Positions 12,294 through 23,945 of a DNA stretch of 49,363 nt are shown one piece after another (the first letter of the stretch is position 1; every line of letters begins with the position of its first letter). The stretch is from Octopus bimaculoides (Eukaryota). The position numbers were made by a program, and so were the translations under genes. The notes below the pieces were generated by a model. That model worked only from the letters and a program-made list of their open reading frames with translations. It ran no database searches and was not told the DNA's origin. The stretch covers positions 79,788,995 through 79,838,357 of the forward strand of contig NC_068984.1 in assembly GCF_001194135.2 (NCBI RefSeq), given 5' to 3'.

Positions 12294-12295
<2 letters not shown>
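12023..12295 (+). mobile_element. tRNA-derived SINE
   Basis: A-box tggcttaatgg and B-box gagttcaattcc; 3' body shared with the 30673 and 42833 copies. Confidence 0.85.
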
Positions 12296-12345
<50 letters not shown>

Positions 12346-12348
<3 letters not shown>

Positions 12349-12503
12349 GGCTTCTTTCTGTTTCCATCTACCAACTCCACTCATAAGGCTTTGGTTGGCC
12401 TGAAGCTATTGTAGAAGACAATTGCCTCCAAGGTGCCATGCAGTGGGACTGAACCTGGAACCATCTGGTTGGGAAGCAAACTTCTTACCACATAGACATG
12501 CCT
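12346..12503 (-). mobile_element. tRNA-derived SINE with CORE-like segment
   Basis: ggttcagtcccactgcatggcaccttgg..gtcttctac; homologous copies at 16901, 25630, 38254, 42693 and 45258. Confidence 0.8.
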
Positions 12504-12564
12504 ATACCTATACATTTCTAGTATATTTTCTTTTCTTCATCTGTTATTCTCAGTCGTTTTAAAC

Positions 12565-13324
12565 AATGCATTTGCTTAGGAACAACATCCCTACCTAGAT
12601 AAAAAGTAAAGCTACAGACGTACTGGTAAGAATTTAAAACCAACAAGATCTAAGAGAAGAATGACCTTCCTTCAGGAAAACATATGGTGTTGAAAAAGCA
12701 GGCACCCAACTGGAAAGAAACAGAAAAAATGGTCCAGAGGTTGGGAATAGAAGAGAAACATCATCAATAGCCCATGAGAACAATAGCCCATAGAGAACAA
12801 AAGGCTAAAGTAGAAGTATAACTTTATCTCAATAGTCTGTGGGGACCAGAAAAAAGGGCTTGAGGCCTGTCCTTTTGCTTGCTTATAAAATTACCAGATA
12901 AAAATGAAAACCAGCTATTGAAGTCAGATGATCATCATTATGCAAGCTGCTGTAACTGTATGGGAATGTATGTGTATTTGCTAGTGTTGATATTAAGACA
13001 ACCCTAAGGTAGAAAGTTGGTAGAGTTGTTAGCATGCCAGGCCTCAAGCCCTTTTTCTGGTTTCCACAGACTATTGAGATAAAGTTATAATTCTCTTTTA
13101 GCCTTTTGTTCTCTATGGAGCATAGGCCATCGATGATGTTTCTCTTTTGTTCTCACCTCTAGACCATTTTTTCTGCTTCATTCCAGTTGGGGTGCCTGCT
13201 TTCTCAGCACCATATATTTTCCTGAGGGAAGGTCATTCCTCTCCCAGATCTTGTAGGTTTTGAATTCCTATCAGTACATCTGTAATTTTACTTTTTATCT
13301 AGGTTGTTCCTAAGCAAATGCATT
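12565..13324. repeat. ~300-bp inverted repeat (12565-12869 / 13038-13324) with 168-bp spacer
   Basis: Arms align as reverse complements from aatgcatttgcttaggaacaac to aggcctg. Confidence 0.9.
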
Positions 13325-13470
13325 TTTATCTCTGAGAGGAAGTGGTCCATATTAGTCTGGCCTGTATCCTCCGACTTGTCTAGTTTGGAGGCCGTATGAG
13401 GAGTATGTGTGCCTTTGGTATAGCTCTCCAGGTCATTAAAACACAAGGTACCACAAATAACAGGGTAGGA
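13095..13470 (-). mobile_element. Short RTE-derived element: putative 5' UTR fused to a degenerate ORF C-terminus
   Basis: Minus strand encodes NWNEAEKMV*R*EQKRNIIDGLCSIENKRL (RTE-like end). 13470-13335 resembles recalled RTE 5' UTRs (aatgacc..gagagctat..ggccagactaa..ggaccac). Confidence 0.5.
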
Positions 13471-14386
13471 CTTTATGGAGGGAAATGAAGTTATACTATA
13501 AACCTAGCTCAAATGTTTGCAATAGGGTGCAATCTGTAAAATGCCTCCAAGGCTTATGCAGCCGTGTTAAAACCCCCTAATTACTTGCTCAAGTTAAAAG
13601 AACTAAATTATTTAAGTTCAAAGACATTTTCTGATTTGCTTTGATGCACCAATTGACACTATGCAATCTGATCCATATCAACTACAATCAGATATTCCAG
13701 ATGTTCATGTATTACTACCACTTCACTTTACAGCTATTATTCTTAATTCAAGTCCTTCATTTCTTTCTTTGTCTATTTGCTGTCACCAGCTCTTCTTTAT
13801 ACCTACTAATTACTGAATTCACACGGTCGTTAATGGTATTTTAAGAGGCTTCCACAATATCAAAGACATTTTATCAATTGATCTTGGTCTTCTATTGTTT
13901 CTTTTGTTCCAAGATTCCATACTGCTCGAATGCGTTAAAATATATGTTTGTCCATTATCCTTCTCTCCATTGCACACATTCTTGCGTTTATTTGTTGTCA
14001 TTCAGGCTTATGTATATATTGCATGCATTCATACATACATTGATACAAACACAAATCTATTATCCCTGCATGCTTATATGTGTATTTGTAAGACAACAAG
14101 TGATGTTAGACAAAGAGACAGATAGACAAAGGGCCAAACAGACAGATATACTTACGCATATAAGCATGCAGAGATAATAGCTTTCTGTTTGTATCTATGT
14201 AATATAAATATACACACATAAATACCATTAAGTGTGTATATGTGTGTTTGTGTGTGTGCATGCATGTGCATGTGTGTGTATGTGTGTATTGTCAACACTC
14301 ATGTGTAGCAGCAATGTCTCATACACACACACAAACACATAATTGATGAGGGAAACAGAAAATGGATTTGGTATAAATCTTTATTC

Positions 14387-14493
14387 AATGCAACAATTGT
14401 TTCGACCCTTCTTGCAGCTGTCTCTTACGGGTAGGATATTGTGCATCTAGATGTGTTGCATCAATCAGTGCAGTCTGTGTCTCCTCAGGTGTT
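14387..14493 (-). ncRNA. Hammerhead-like motif with 72-nt stem II loop
   Basis: CUGAGGA 14488-14482; GAC/GUC stem II closure; GAA 14403-14401; palindromic ACAAUUGU stem III; GUU triplet; weak stem I. Confidence 0.45.
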
Positions 14494-15334
14494 TGTTGTA
14501 AAAGGTATCCAACTACATGTACTGAGTACCTTCAGGGATGTTGTACTCTCATAGTATGTGAGTACACTGACTGAGAGCAGAATAATTTTTGAGTTATAAC
14601 CTGCAGATGGGTCTGGCTACATAAAACATAAATTAAATTAGAATAATAAAAGATATAAAAAAATAAAGCCTGTCAAATGATAAGACTTGAAAGTTAAAAG
14701 GAAGAAAGATGTGTATACATTCATTGACATGAACACATATATAGACATACACACACTCACATGCGCTGCTCTTGGGAAGTCATTTAATGTGGTCATAAAC
14801 AACCAAGATGTTCATAGATAAATGGTATCTGGTTCCCTGCTGCATTGCAGATTCTACAATTAGTTACAGATGACTGGGTCAGCATGTTTGGGGGTGGGGT
14901 CTGTGAACAGACTCACACATACACAGGTATCTGTATATATACATATATACATATATACTTTTTTCCACCTTGTTGCACATTTCATGTGCTTACTCTTGTA
15001 TATACATATATATACAGACGTCCTGGTTGTTTATGACCACATTAAATGACTTCCCAAGAGCAGCACATGTGAGTGTGTGTATGTCTATATATGTGTTCAT
15101 GTCAATGAATGTATACACATCTTTCTTCCTTTTAACTTTCAAGTCTTATCATTTGACAAGCTTTATTTTCCATCCTTTATTATTCTAATTTAATTTATGT
15201 TTTATGTAGCCAAATCCATCTGCAGGTTATAACTCTAGAATTATTCTACTCTCAGTCAGTGTACTCACATACTATGGGAGAGTACAACATGTCTGAAGCC
15301 ACTCAGTACATGTAGTTGGATACCTTTTACAACA

Positions 15335-15441
15335 AATACCTGAGGAGACACGGACTGCTCTGATTGGTGCAACACAACTAGATGCACAATATCCTAGCTG
15401 TAAGAGACAGCTTCAGGACGGGTCGAAATAATTGTCACATT
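15335..15441 (+). ncRNA. Hammerhead-like motif (second arm)
   Basis: CTGAGGA 15340-15346; gac 15347-15349 / gtc 15422-15424; GAA 15425-15427; ataattgt; GUC triplet ending at 15436. Confidence 0.45.
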
Positions 15442-16526
15442 GAATAACGATTCATATCAAATCCACTTTCTGCAAACCCTCATCAATTATAAATCAAACA
15501 AACACGGCAGAATTCCTGACATAGATCCAGTGAAAGCTATACCATAACTGTGGATGATATCAGGTAGCCCAAGTGGTGAATGTGCTTTAATCGTCGGGAT
15601 AGTAATAGACATATACTCAAAGTCTAAATAATTACTTTTATATANNNNNNNNNNNNNNNNNNNNNNNNNNNNNNNNNNNNNNNNNNNNNNNNNNNNNNNN
15701 NNNNNNNNNNNNNNNNNNNNNNNNNNNNNNNNNNNNNNNNNNNNNNNNNNNNNNNNNNNNNNNNNNNNNNNNNNNNNNNNNNNNNNNNNNNNNNNNNNNN
15801 NNNNNNNNNNNNNNNNNNNNNNNNNNNNNNNNNNNNNNNNNNNNNNNNNNNNNNNNNNNNNNNNNNNNNNNNNNNNNNNNNNNNNNNNNNNNNNNNNNNN
15901 NNNNNNNNNNNNNNNNNNNNNNNNNNNNNNNNNNNNNNNNNNNNNNNNNNNNNNNNNNNNNNNNNNNNNNNNNNNNNNNNNNNNNNNNNNNNNNNNNNNN
16001 NNNNNNNNNNNNNNNNNNNNNNNNNNNNNNNNNNNNNNNNNNNNNNNNNNNNNNNNNNNNNNNNNNNNNNNNNNNNNNNNNNNNNNNNNNNNNNNNNNNN
16101 NNNNNNNNNNNNNNNNNNNNNNNNNNNNNNNNNNNNNNNNNNNNNNNNNNNNNNNNNNNNNNNNNNNNNNNNNNNNNNNNNNNNNNNNNNNNNNNNNNNN
16201 NNNNNNNNNNNNNNNNNNNNNNNNNNNNNNNNNNNNNNNNNNNNNNNNNNNNNNNNNNNNNNNNNNNNNNNNNNNNNNNNNNNNNNNNNNNNNNNNNNNN
16301 NNNNNNNNNNNNNNNNNNNNNNNNNNNNNNNNNNNNNNNNNNNNNNNNNNNNNNNNNNNNNNNNNNNNNNNNNNNNNNNNNNNNNNNNNNNNNNNNNNNN
16401 NNNNNNNNNNNNNNNNNNNNNNNNNNNNNNNNNNNNNNNNNNNNNNNNNNNNNNNNNNNNNNNNNNNNNNNNNNNNNNNNNNNNNNNNNNNNNNNNNNNN
16501 NNNNNNNNNNNNNNNNNNNNNNNNNN

Positions 16527-16799
16527 TGAGGTTACTCGAGGAACAAGAGAAATTGGTTTTAATTTTAAACTTTGTTCCTCGTTTGAAGGTAAATTCAGAG
16601 CCTTCAAGTACGTAGGGGCAGGTGCCACAATTAGGGCATGCAGATTTTTTAACTGATGGGGGTGGAAGTGGTGTATGTAGTTTGGAATTGGTTAATAATG
16701 TTTTCAAAGATTTGTGTTGCCTTTTGCATTTAAGGACTTTGTGTGTATTAATGATATTGTTCATTTTCGGGTCTGTGGTGAGTAAGGGGAGGTTTTGTT
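16527..16799 (-). mobile_element. Penelope-like element ORF fragment (RT-endonuclease linker, Cys-rich motif, start of GIY-YIG)
   Basis: NLPLLTTDPKMNNIINTHKVLKCKRQHKSLKTLLTNSK...CPNCGTCPYVLEGSEFTFKRGTKFKIKTNFSCSSSNL. The CxxCxxC and F.C.S.NL motifs precede GIY in Neptune-type PLEs; the ORF runs into a gap. Confidence 0.85.
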
Positions 16800-16886
16800 T
16801 AACGCCAACCACTCAGCTGTAGAAACTCTGCCAAATCAGATTGGAGCCTGGTGTAGCCATCTGGTTTCACCAGTCCTCAGTCAAAT
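16800..16886 (+). mobile_element. RTE 3' UTR fragment with a small 5' inversion
   Basis: 16800-16816 is the reverse complement of ctgagtggttggcgtta; it is joined through a shared CAG to plus-strand cagctgtagaaactctgcc..tcagtcaaat. Confidence 0.8.
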
Positions 16887-16900
16887 GTATATGTATATGA

Positions 16901-17050
16901 GCAGGTATAGATGTATAAGAAGTTAGCTTCCCAGCATCATGGTTTCTGGTTCAATCTTACTGCTCAGCACCTTGGGCAAGTGTCTTCTACTAAAGCCCAG
17001 CATTGACCAAAGCTTAGTGATTGCATTTGTAATGATGAAAACTGAAAGGT
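16901..17050 (+). mobile_element. tRNA/CORE-like SINE, degenerate
   Basis: ggttcaatcttactgctcagcaccttgggcaagtgtcttctac matches the 12346 family. Confidence 0.7.
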
Positions 17051-18104
17051 GTATCCATTTTTCTGAAGATGGTAGAGATTGAATCGAGGCAGATGTGGTT
17101 GCTATTTCTAGCAAATTAAATAACCTCGTAAATATTACTTTGAAACCCTTACAAGGAAAGACACTGTATGTCTATGGTTTACTTATGATCAGAGAGAATG
17201 GAAGCACAGAAACATTGCAAACCGATGAATCTTATCTATATGCTCTCTCCCTCTTGTTACTTTTTCTCACTTTTTCTCTTTCACATTCACCACTTCCCTC
17301 TTCTGGTTTTCTCTAGCTCTCCACCCTCTGTCTTTCTCCCCCCTCTCTCTCTCTCTCTTAATTACATAAGAATCTGAAGATGGACAAAATAAGTTTTTGT
17401 AAACAAAATGAATTCATTGTCTCGCTGAATGTTGTATTTCATAATTATTGTCAATAAGAGAGGCTTCCTTTAATGATAGGCTTCGGCATTGTAACCTTGT
17501 CCAATATCATTTTTAAAATGGACTGAGCCACTTATAAAAGAAAACTCTGTGGTTCCTGCAATTCTTTCAAATGATAAACTATTAAGATAGTGACATTTGA
17601 AATATTTTTATTGTGTTTCGAGTAAAAGTTTTGATTTAAAAACTATATATATATATATATATATATAAATATGTGTGTGTTTGTGTGAATGCATGTATAT
17701 ATTTTTATAGAATGTGTGTATATGTGCGTGTTTGTCTGTATGTGTGTGCATATTTACATATATATATNNNNNNNNNNNNNNNNNNNNNNNNNNNNNNNNN
17801 NNNNNNNNNNNNNNNNNNNNNNNNNNNNNNNNNNNNNNNNNNNNNNNNNNNNNNNNNNNNNNNNNNNNNNNNNNNNNNNNNNNNNNNNNNNNNNNNNNNN
17901 NNNNNNNNNNNNNNNNNNNNNNNNNNNNNNNNNNNNNNNNNNNNNNNNNNNNNNNNNNNNNNNNNNNNNNNNNNNNNNNNNNNNNNNNNNNNNNNNNNNN
18001 NNNNNNNNNNNNNNNNNNNNNNNNNNNNNNNNNNNNNNNNNNNNNNNNNNNNNNNNNNNNNNNNNNNNNNNNNNNNNNNNNNNNNNNNNNNNNNNNNNNN
18101 NNNN

Positions 18105-18143
<39 letters not shown>

Positions 18144-19511
18144 GTATGTATGTGTATATGTATACGTATGTATGTATGTGTATATGTATGCGTATGTATA
18201 TATGTGTATATGTATACGTATGTATGTATGTATGTGTATATGTATATATATGCATGTATGTATGTATGTGTATGTGTATATATATGTGTGTGTACATATA
18301 TATGTATGTATACACATGCAATGTACTTATATATATATTTAACTCACTTTTTTTGTTGTTTTTGATATTCTGCTTTAACACCTTTATTTAAACTCTGCTC
18401 TATTTTGAAATACAAAGAAAAAAGTTAAGCACTTAATTATATGCACACACACACACACATGCACATACATGCACACATACATATATATCATGTTATCTGG
18501 GATAAATGTGTGCGTGTGAGTGTGTGTGTGTATAAGTTTATTCTGCTTCTGATCTTTAGTTACAGTTTATGATAAAATCATAATTACATGTTGTGTTAAG
18601 ATTTCAAGAGGTTTGAACATTTTAAAAACTTCAGAAGTCTAATATCATAGCATCTGATATTTATTTGCTTCCATTTACAATAATTTCACATGAGGAACTA
18701 TTATATAAAACCAGCATATCATTAACGTTGTGCCTATGTAATTAGTAAATACTGCTTGTCTTATAGAAAAAGTCTGCACTCTTTCTATTAAGAGTCTAGT
18801 TTCATGCATATATATTTATTTTCTTTGTATTTCCTTTATATATCTGAAGATATATAAAGATACATCTAAGTATTTAATTCTTGTATTATAAGATTCCATT
18901 CAAAACTCGAATCCAAATTCTTTTTAGCTTATCATTATCCTTTTAGTTATTTAATGAATTAAATTATAATAATCATGTCTCTATATGCTCATATGCATGC
19001 AAGCACATACAAAGATGAATGTACTGTTTATTATTTCAGACATTTAATACATACTGTAATTAATACCTTAAGTTAATTATGAATTCGTAATTTTTATGTT
19101 AAGCTCTACAATATTTTATAATGTTACTGATAAAATCTGGTGATTTTTAAATTATAAATGTCTGTTTTGCAGAAAAATCTATGGTCTTTGAATGTATTTC
19201 CATTCTGTTATTTAATGATGACTTTGATATCGTTTGTATCTCAGGAACATCAGATTTCTTTCAACTCTAGCGTTTACCCATCACAATGAGGTTTTAGTTT
19301 TTACAGAACTCTGCTCTGTTGGAGATAGCTAGGATTTTGAGGTTGGTGCTTGGCTGTTGAGTTTCTCCCATGTTAAATTAACATCTAGGTATCAAAGCTT
19401 ATAATTTGTGGAAAGATTCCCTGTGAGACTTCTGACAACAGGTCACTGTCCGCTCTCACTGAATCGACTAGAGCAAGTAAGACTGAGAGCTCTGAACAGA
19501 AAAATAATAGT

Positions 19512-19726
19512 AATAATTTTAAATTTTGGCACAATGCCAGCAAGTTTGAGGGAGGAGGTTAGTCGATAGCATCGATCCCAGCACCCAACTGGCACTTATT
19601 TTATCAGCCCTGAAAGGATGAAAAGCAAAGTCAACCTTGGCAGAATTTAAACTTAGAATGTAACAGTGGACAAGACACTGCTATGCATTTTGCTGAGCTT
19701 ACTAATGATTCTACCAGCTTGCCACC
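19512..19726 (-). mobile_element. tRNA-derived SINE with Meta/MESC-like domain
   Basis: Homologous to 39675 and 36191 (gttgactttgcttttcatcctttcagggctgataaaataagt). Domain name is from recall. Confidence 0.75.
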
Positions 19727-20518
19727 TATAATCCATTTAATATAATTATATGGTATATATTCCATGACCCCTATCAACTACATTATGTAGAACCTCAACG
19801 TTTACCACAATGTTAAATCAAGTTTTACTTGGATATCTATTTACAAAAATAGTACTATGAATCTGAAGAAACATTTTCTACTCTGGTTTACCAAGATCTC
19901 TTTCATCAGTAAAAACCAAAAAAAAGAAGAAAAAACCCAAAATCTAAGTCAGAACAAAACAACCTACAACCCATCTTTTTTTTGTGGTATTTTTGGAAAA
20001 GAAATTGTGAAAATATCATTATCTCTACTTATTTTGTAACCTTCCTTCGTTCAGTGTCATAACATTTTTGTTTTCTATTTACTTTTCTTTTTCTGTTCTA
20101 ACTGTAAAATTTGAAGAATTTATGGATGACAAGGGAAAAAAAAAATGTAGATGATATGATAGATACATATGGAGAAGATTGGTTGTTGAAATTAGTGGTA
20201 TCTTTTATCCTTTGCAAGATATTCTTCATCTTGTATACATATTTTTGTACATATATACACACACAGAGACACACATGGACATTAACGCACAAAGTAAGAA
20301 ATGTTGACATACTATACATACATACATACACACATACATACTTGTGTGTGTGAGTATGTATGTGTGTATATTTAGAATTAGAAAGGAGTAGAGTAATGAC
20401 TGTGTGGTAGATTTTATTTATTCCGATAAACCATTCCATTGCTATCCAGAGTTCTTTACTATGTTCAATCATTCAGATGGCGCAAAAAAAAACATCTGCT
20501 ATATACATACATATATTT

Positions 20519-21027
20519 GCGAAGACCTGTTAAAGCAAGTGAAATCGAAATCGAGTTAAATTCGACGACTGGCACCCATGCCAACCTCGTCTCCTTCATT
20601 GGACACGAAACTCAGCTTGCGAAGACTTATTGGGGCAAGCGAAAGCGAAATTGTGATGGCACCTGTGCCCAGCGTCACCTTTCTGGCACTTGTACCCGTG
20701 GCATGTGTAAGGACTTTCGAGCGAGATCGTTGCCAGTGCCGCTGGACTGGCACTTGTGCAGGTGGCACATAAAGTACATCATTTTGAGCGTGGCCGTTGC
20801 CAGTACCGCCTGACTGGCCTTCGTGCCGGTGGTACGTAAAAGCACCCACTACACTCTCTGAGTGGTTGGCGTTAGTAAGGGTATCCAGCTGTAGAAACTC
20901 TGCCAAATCAGATTGGAGCCTGGTGTAGCCATCTGGTTTCACCAGTCCTCAGTCAAATCGTCCAACCCATGCTAGCATGGAAAGTGGACGTTAAACGACG
21001 ACGACGATGATGATGATGATGATGATG
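20519..21027 (+). mobile_element. RTE LINE long 3' UTR with (GAT)n tail
   Basis: Terminal ~170 bp near-identical to the other copies; internal ~65-bp repeat units. Confidence 0.9.
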
Positions 21028-21033
21028 TATATA

Positions 21034-21922
21034 CAGGGTGCGATGGGTAAATTGTCACCATTACATATTTTAAATTTTGCGTATCTACATTGTTTTGTTT
21101 TTGATTTTGTCGACTACACAGTATAGTAGTGTCAGATGGGCATCATCTGTGAGAAAAACCAATACCATGATGCAATTCACTCTGCCAGAAACTTGGAAAT
21201 GACATGCTGTATTGCTTGGCATTCACACTGGAAGCTCCAGTACGAACATTTCAAAGTGTTTGGGTGTGAATCTGAGGACAGTACAATCTGAGAACATGTA
21301 TTGAGTGTGATAAAAAATCAAACATTCAGTCAGTATCATGGTGTTTAGAGTGATCACTAGTGATGGTGACATTATTCCGCTATTCATCTTCCTACACGGC
21401 CTCAAACTCAACATAGAGGCCTACATCAAGTGCCTGGAGGAGGTAGTGCTGCCCTGTGTCAAGAAGGTGGCTGCTGGAAGACCCTGTCTGGCAAGAGGAT
21501 TCTGCACAATGCCACACAGGCAGGAGAACCCACTCATGGCACTTAAGCAATTCCTGTGACAACATCACCCCTAACATCTGGCCACCTACCTCCCCAGACT
21601 GCAACCCCCTTGATTATTATGTGTGGGATGCAGTTGAGTGAGAGAGCAACAAAATTCCTTGTAACACCAAAGATGAACTGAAGGCATGGAATATGGTAGC
21701 ATTCACCAACTAAAATAAGGAGATCATCCAGAAGAGATGCAGGAGATTCTGAAGTCCTTTGGAGGCTGTGGTTGAAGCCAATGGCGATTTTATTAAATAA
21801 ATTTACTCTTTAGTATTTCAAGATATTTTTATGAAATTTTGATAAATATATCTGTTAAAATGAGATGTCAGTGCTATTTTTAATTTTGCATATTTAGATG
21901 ACAGTTTATTCATTGCACCTTG
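21034..21922 (+). mobile_element. Internally deleted Tc1/mariner transposon, DD37D (maT-like)
   Basis: TA-cagggtgcgatgggtaaattgtcacc TIR with matching right TIR. WQEDSAQCH...WPPTSPDCNPLDYYVW has 37 residues between the last two Asp. Stops, frameshifts and a large deletion are present. Confidence 0.9.
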
Positions 21923-22144
21923 TGTATATATTATATATACATACATACATACATATATATATATATATATNNNNNNNNNNNNNNNNNNNNNNNNNNNNNN
22001 NNNNNNNNNNNNNNNNNNNNNNNNNNNNNNNNNNNNNNNNNNNNNNNNNNNNNNNNNNNNNNNNNNNNNNNNNNNNNNNNNNNNNNNNNNNNNNNNNNNN
22101 NNNNNNNNNNNNNNNNNNNNNNNNNNNNNNNNNNNNNNNNNNNN

Positions 22145-23390
22145 CATATGATGTGGAAGACAACTGGAGGTTTCTACAGCACAACTTGCTGAGGGCCACT
22201 GACCAGATCTGTGGATGGTGCAAAGTCCCCTCTCGACCCAAGGGAACAGAAACAGGCTTGGAAGGACTGGAAGAACAGTGGTAGCAGGGAATTATATCAG
22301 ACTGCCAGAAGGGAATCTAGGAGACAAGTTTATTTAGCCAGAGGAGAAGCAGATAAGAAGAAATTTGCCAATGTTCTGTGCCATGAGAACCAAAGATTTG
22401 AGGTATTTCATGTTGCAAGACAGTGAGAGAGAATTGTGATGTCGTAGGAGAGAAATGTGTCCACATGGATGATGGTTCATTTGCATTAAATGAGGTTGCA
22501 AAGAGAGAGGTTTGGAGATGCCTCTATGAAGGGTTGCTAAATAAAGAGAATGAATGGGAGAAAGAGAGTCTACCGAATGCCAACCCAACAAATGGACAAG
22601 CTATCTGAATTGACAGTACCAGGGTAGACAAAGCAATTAAGGGTATAAAGACAAGGAAAGCCCCTGGCCCATCAGGAATCACTGCAGAGATGCTCAAAAT
22701 ATCATACCGGTGTTGGCTATAGCCTGGTCACCTGTATAGTCAACTAGGTGATATATGAAGGAGTCATACCCAATAACTGGTGTAACAGCACCATAGTCAA
22801 CTGCTACAAAGGTAAAGGTGATGCTTTAGATACAAATAACTACAGAGGTATCAAGTTGTTGGATCAGGTAATGAAGGTCACGGAGAGGGTCATAGCCCAA
22901 CTAATTAGGGGGAGAGTCAGTCTAGATGAGATGCAGTTTGGGTTCGTACCAGGGAAAAGTACCATTGATGCTATATTTCTGGTAAGACAGCTGCAGGAGA
23001 AATACCTAGCCAAAGATAAACTTCTGCACCTGGCTTTTGTTGACATGGAGAAAGCCTTTGACAGGGTCCCCCGATCCCTTATCTGGTGGTCAATGAGGAA
23101 ACTAGGGATAGAAGAATGATTAGTGAGAGCTAACTGGCACATGTGCTGGTGGCACATGGAAAAACAACATTCGAGCGTGGTTGTTGCCAGTACCGCCAGA
23201 CTGGCCCTCATGCTGGTGGCACTCACTACACTCTCGGACTGGTTGGCGCTAGGAAGGGCATCCAGCTGTAGAAACTTTACCAAATCAGATTGGAGCCTGG
23301 TGCAGCCTTCTGGCTTGCCAGTCCTCAGTCAAACTGTCCAACCCATTCCAGCATGGAAAGCGGACGTTAAACGAGGATGATGATGATGAT
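22145..23390 (+). mobile_element. RTE LINE: decayed ORF (pre-RT linker and RT N-terminal half) fused to the 3' UTR and (GAT)n tail
   Basis: KAPGPSGITAEMLK..YKGKGDALDTNNYRGIKLL..QFGFVPGKSTIDAIF..FVDMEKAFDRVPRSLIWWSMRKLGIEE*LVRA, then an abrupt switch to 3' UTR at 23131/23132. Confidence 0.92.
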
Positions 23391-23945
23391 AATAATAGAG
23401 AGAGAGAGAGAGAGAGATATTTTGAGGTGATGTAGTAGTCACACACACATGTCATCCTCTTAATCATCATTATCATAATGTCTACCTCTTCATCTCCATT
23501 ATACCTAAGTAAATACTGGTACAAGAATATTTGCACTCCTGAATAGATCCCCTCAAGTCATGAGCTAATGAGGAAGCCTCTACTTCAGGCATGGATAACC
23601 TTTTAGGAGAAGCAGGCTGCTTGAGACATGGTTCTTCTTTAGGAGGGCCACTCTACCGAAAATAATGATGTCATTCAGAAAGTCTTGTGAGCTGCAATTT
23701 GTCTGTGACTGCTCTTCATTGCCAGTTAACTTTGTAGAAAGAGCAGCTAAGAGAGCTGTATTAAAGAAAAAATGAGTGCATTGAGCCACATAGTTGTTGT
23801 TATGCAATAAGATGAGATGGTCATGATTGGAAAGCCTTTTATCATAGTTTTGCTTGCTTCAAACTGACCTTGGGTTGATCTGTAATGATATTCTTCTATG
23901 GCCTATGGTTCGTGTATTTAACGCAATGAACGAACACTCATTTTG

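Larger units (their letters stand above)
14339..15490. mobile_element. Head-to-head Penelope-like terminal repeats (arms 14339-14811 and ~15019-15490)
   Basis: ~470-bp inverted arms; each ends with CTGAGGA..GAAA..AATAA(A), typical of PLE pseudo-LTRs; a PLE ORF fragment lies nearby. Confidence 0.7.

Noticed and set aside
15487-16812. Single 441-aa Penelope ORF spanning the gap
   Set aside because: Only 16527-16799 is PLE-like; the N-terminus comes from an RTE fragment and continuity across 882 N is unverified.
19141-19500. Non-repetitive block with splice-like sites
   Set aside because: All candidate exon frames on both strands are interrupted by stops; no coherent model.
20575-20625. HDV-like ribozyme suggested by ggacacgaaact
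   Set aside because: Could not construct P1/P3/L3 with correct spacing.
23580-23755. Minus-strand acceptor (ttttttctttaatacag) followed by an open frame
   Set aside because: No good donor and the peptide is unrecognisable; a lone acceptor is common in AT-rich DNA.
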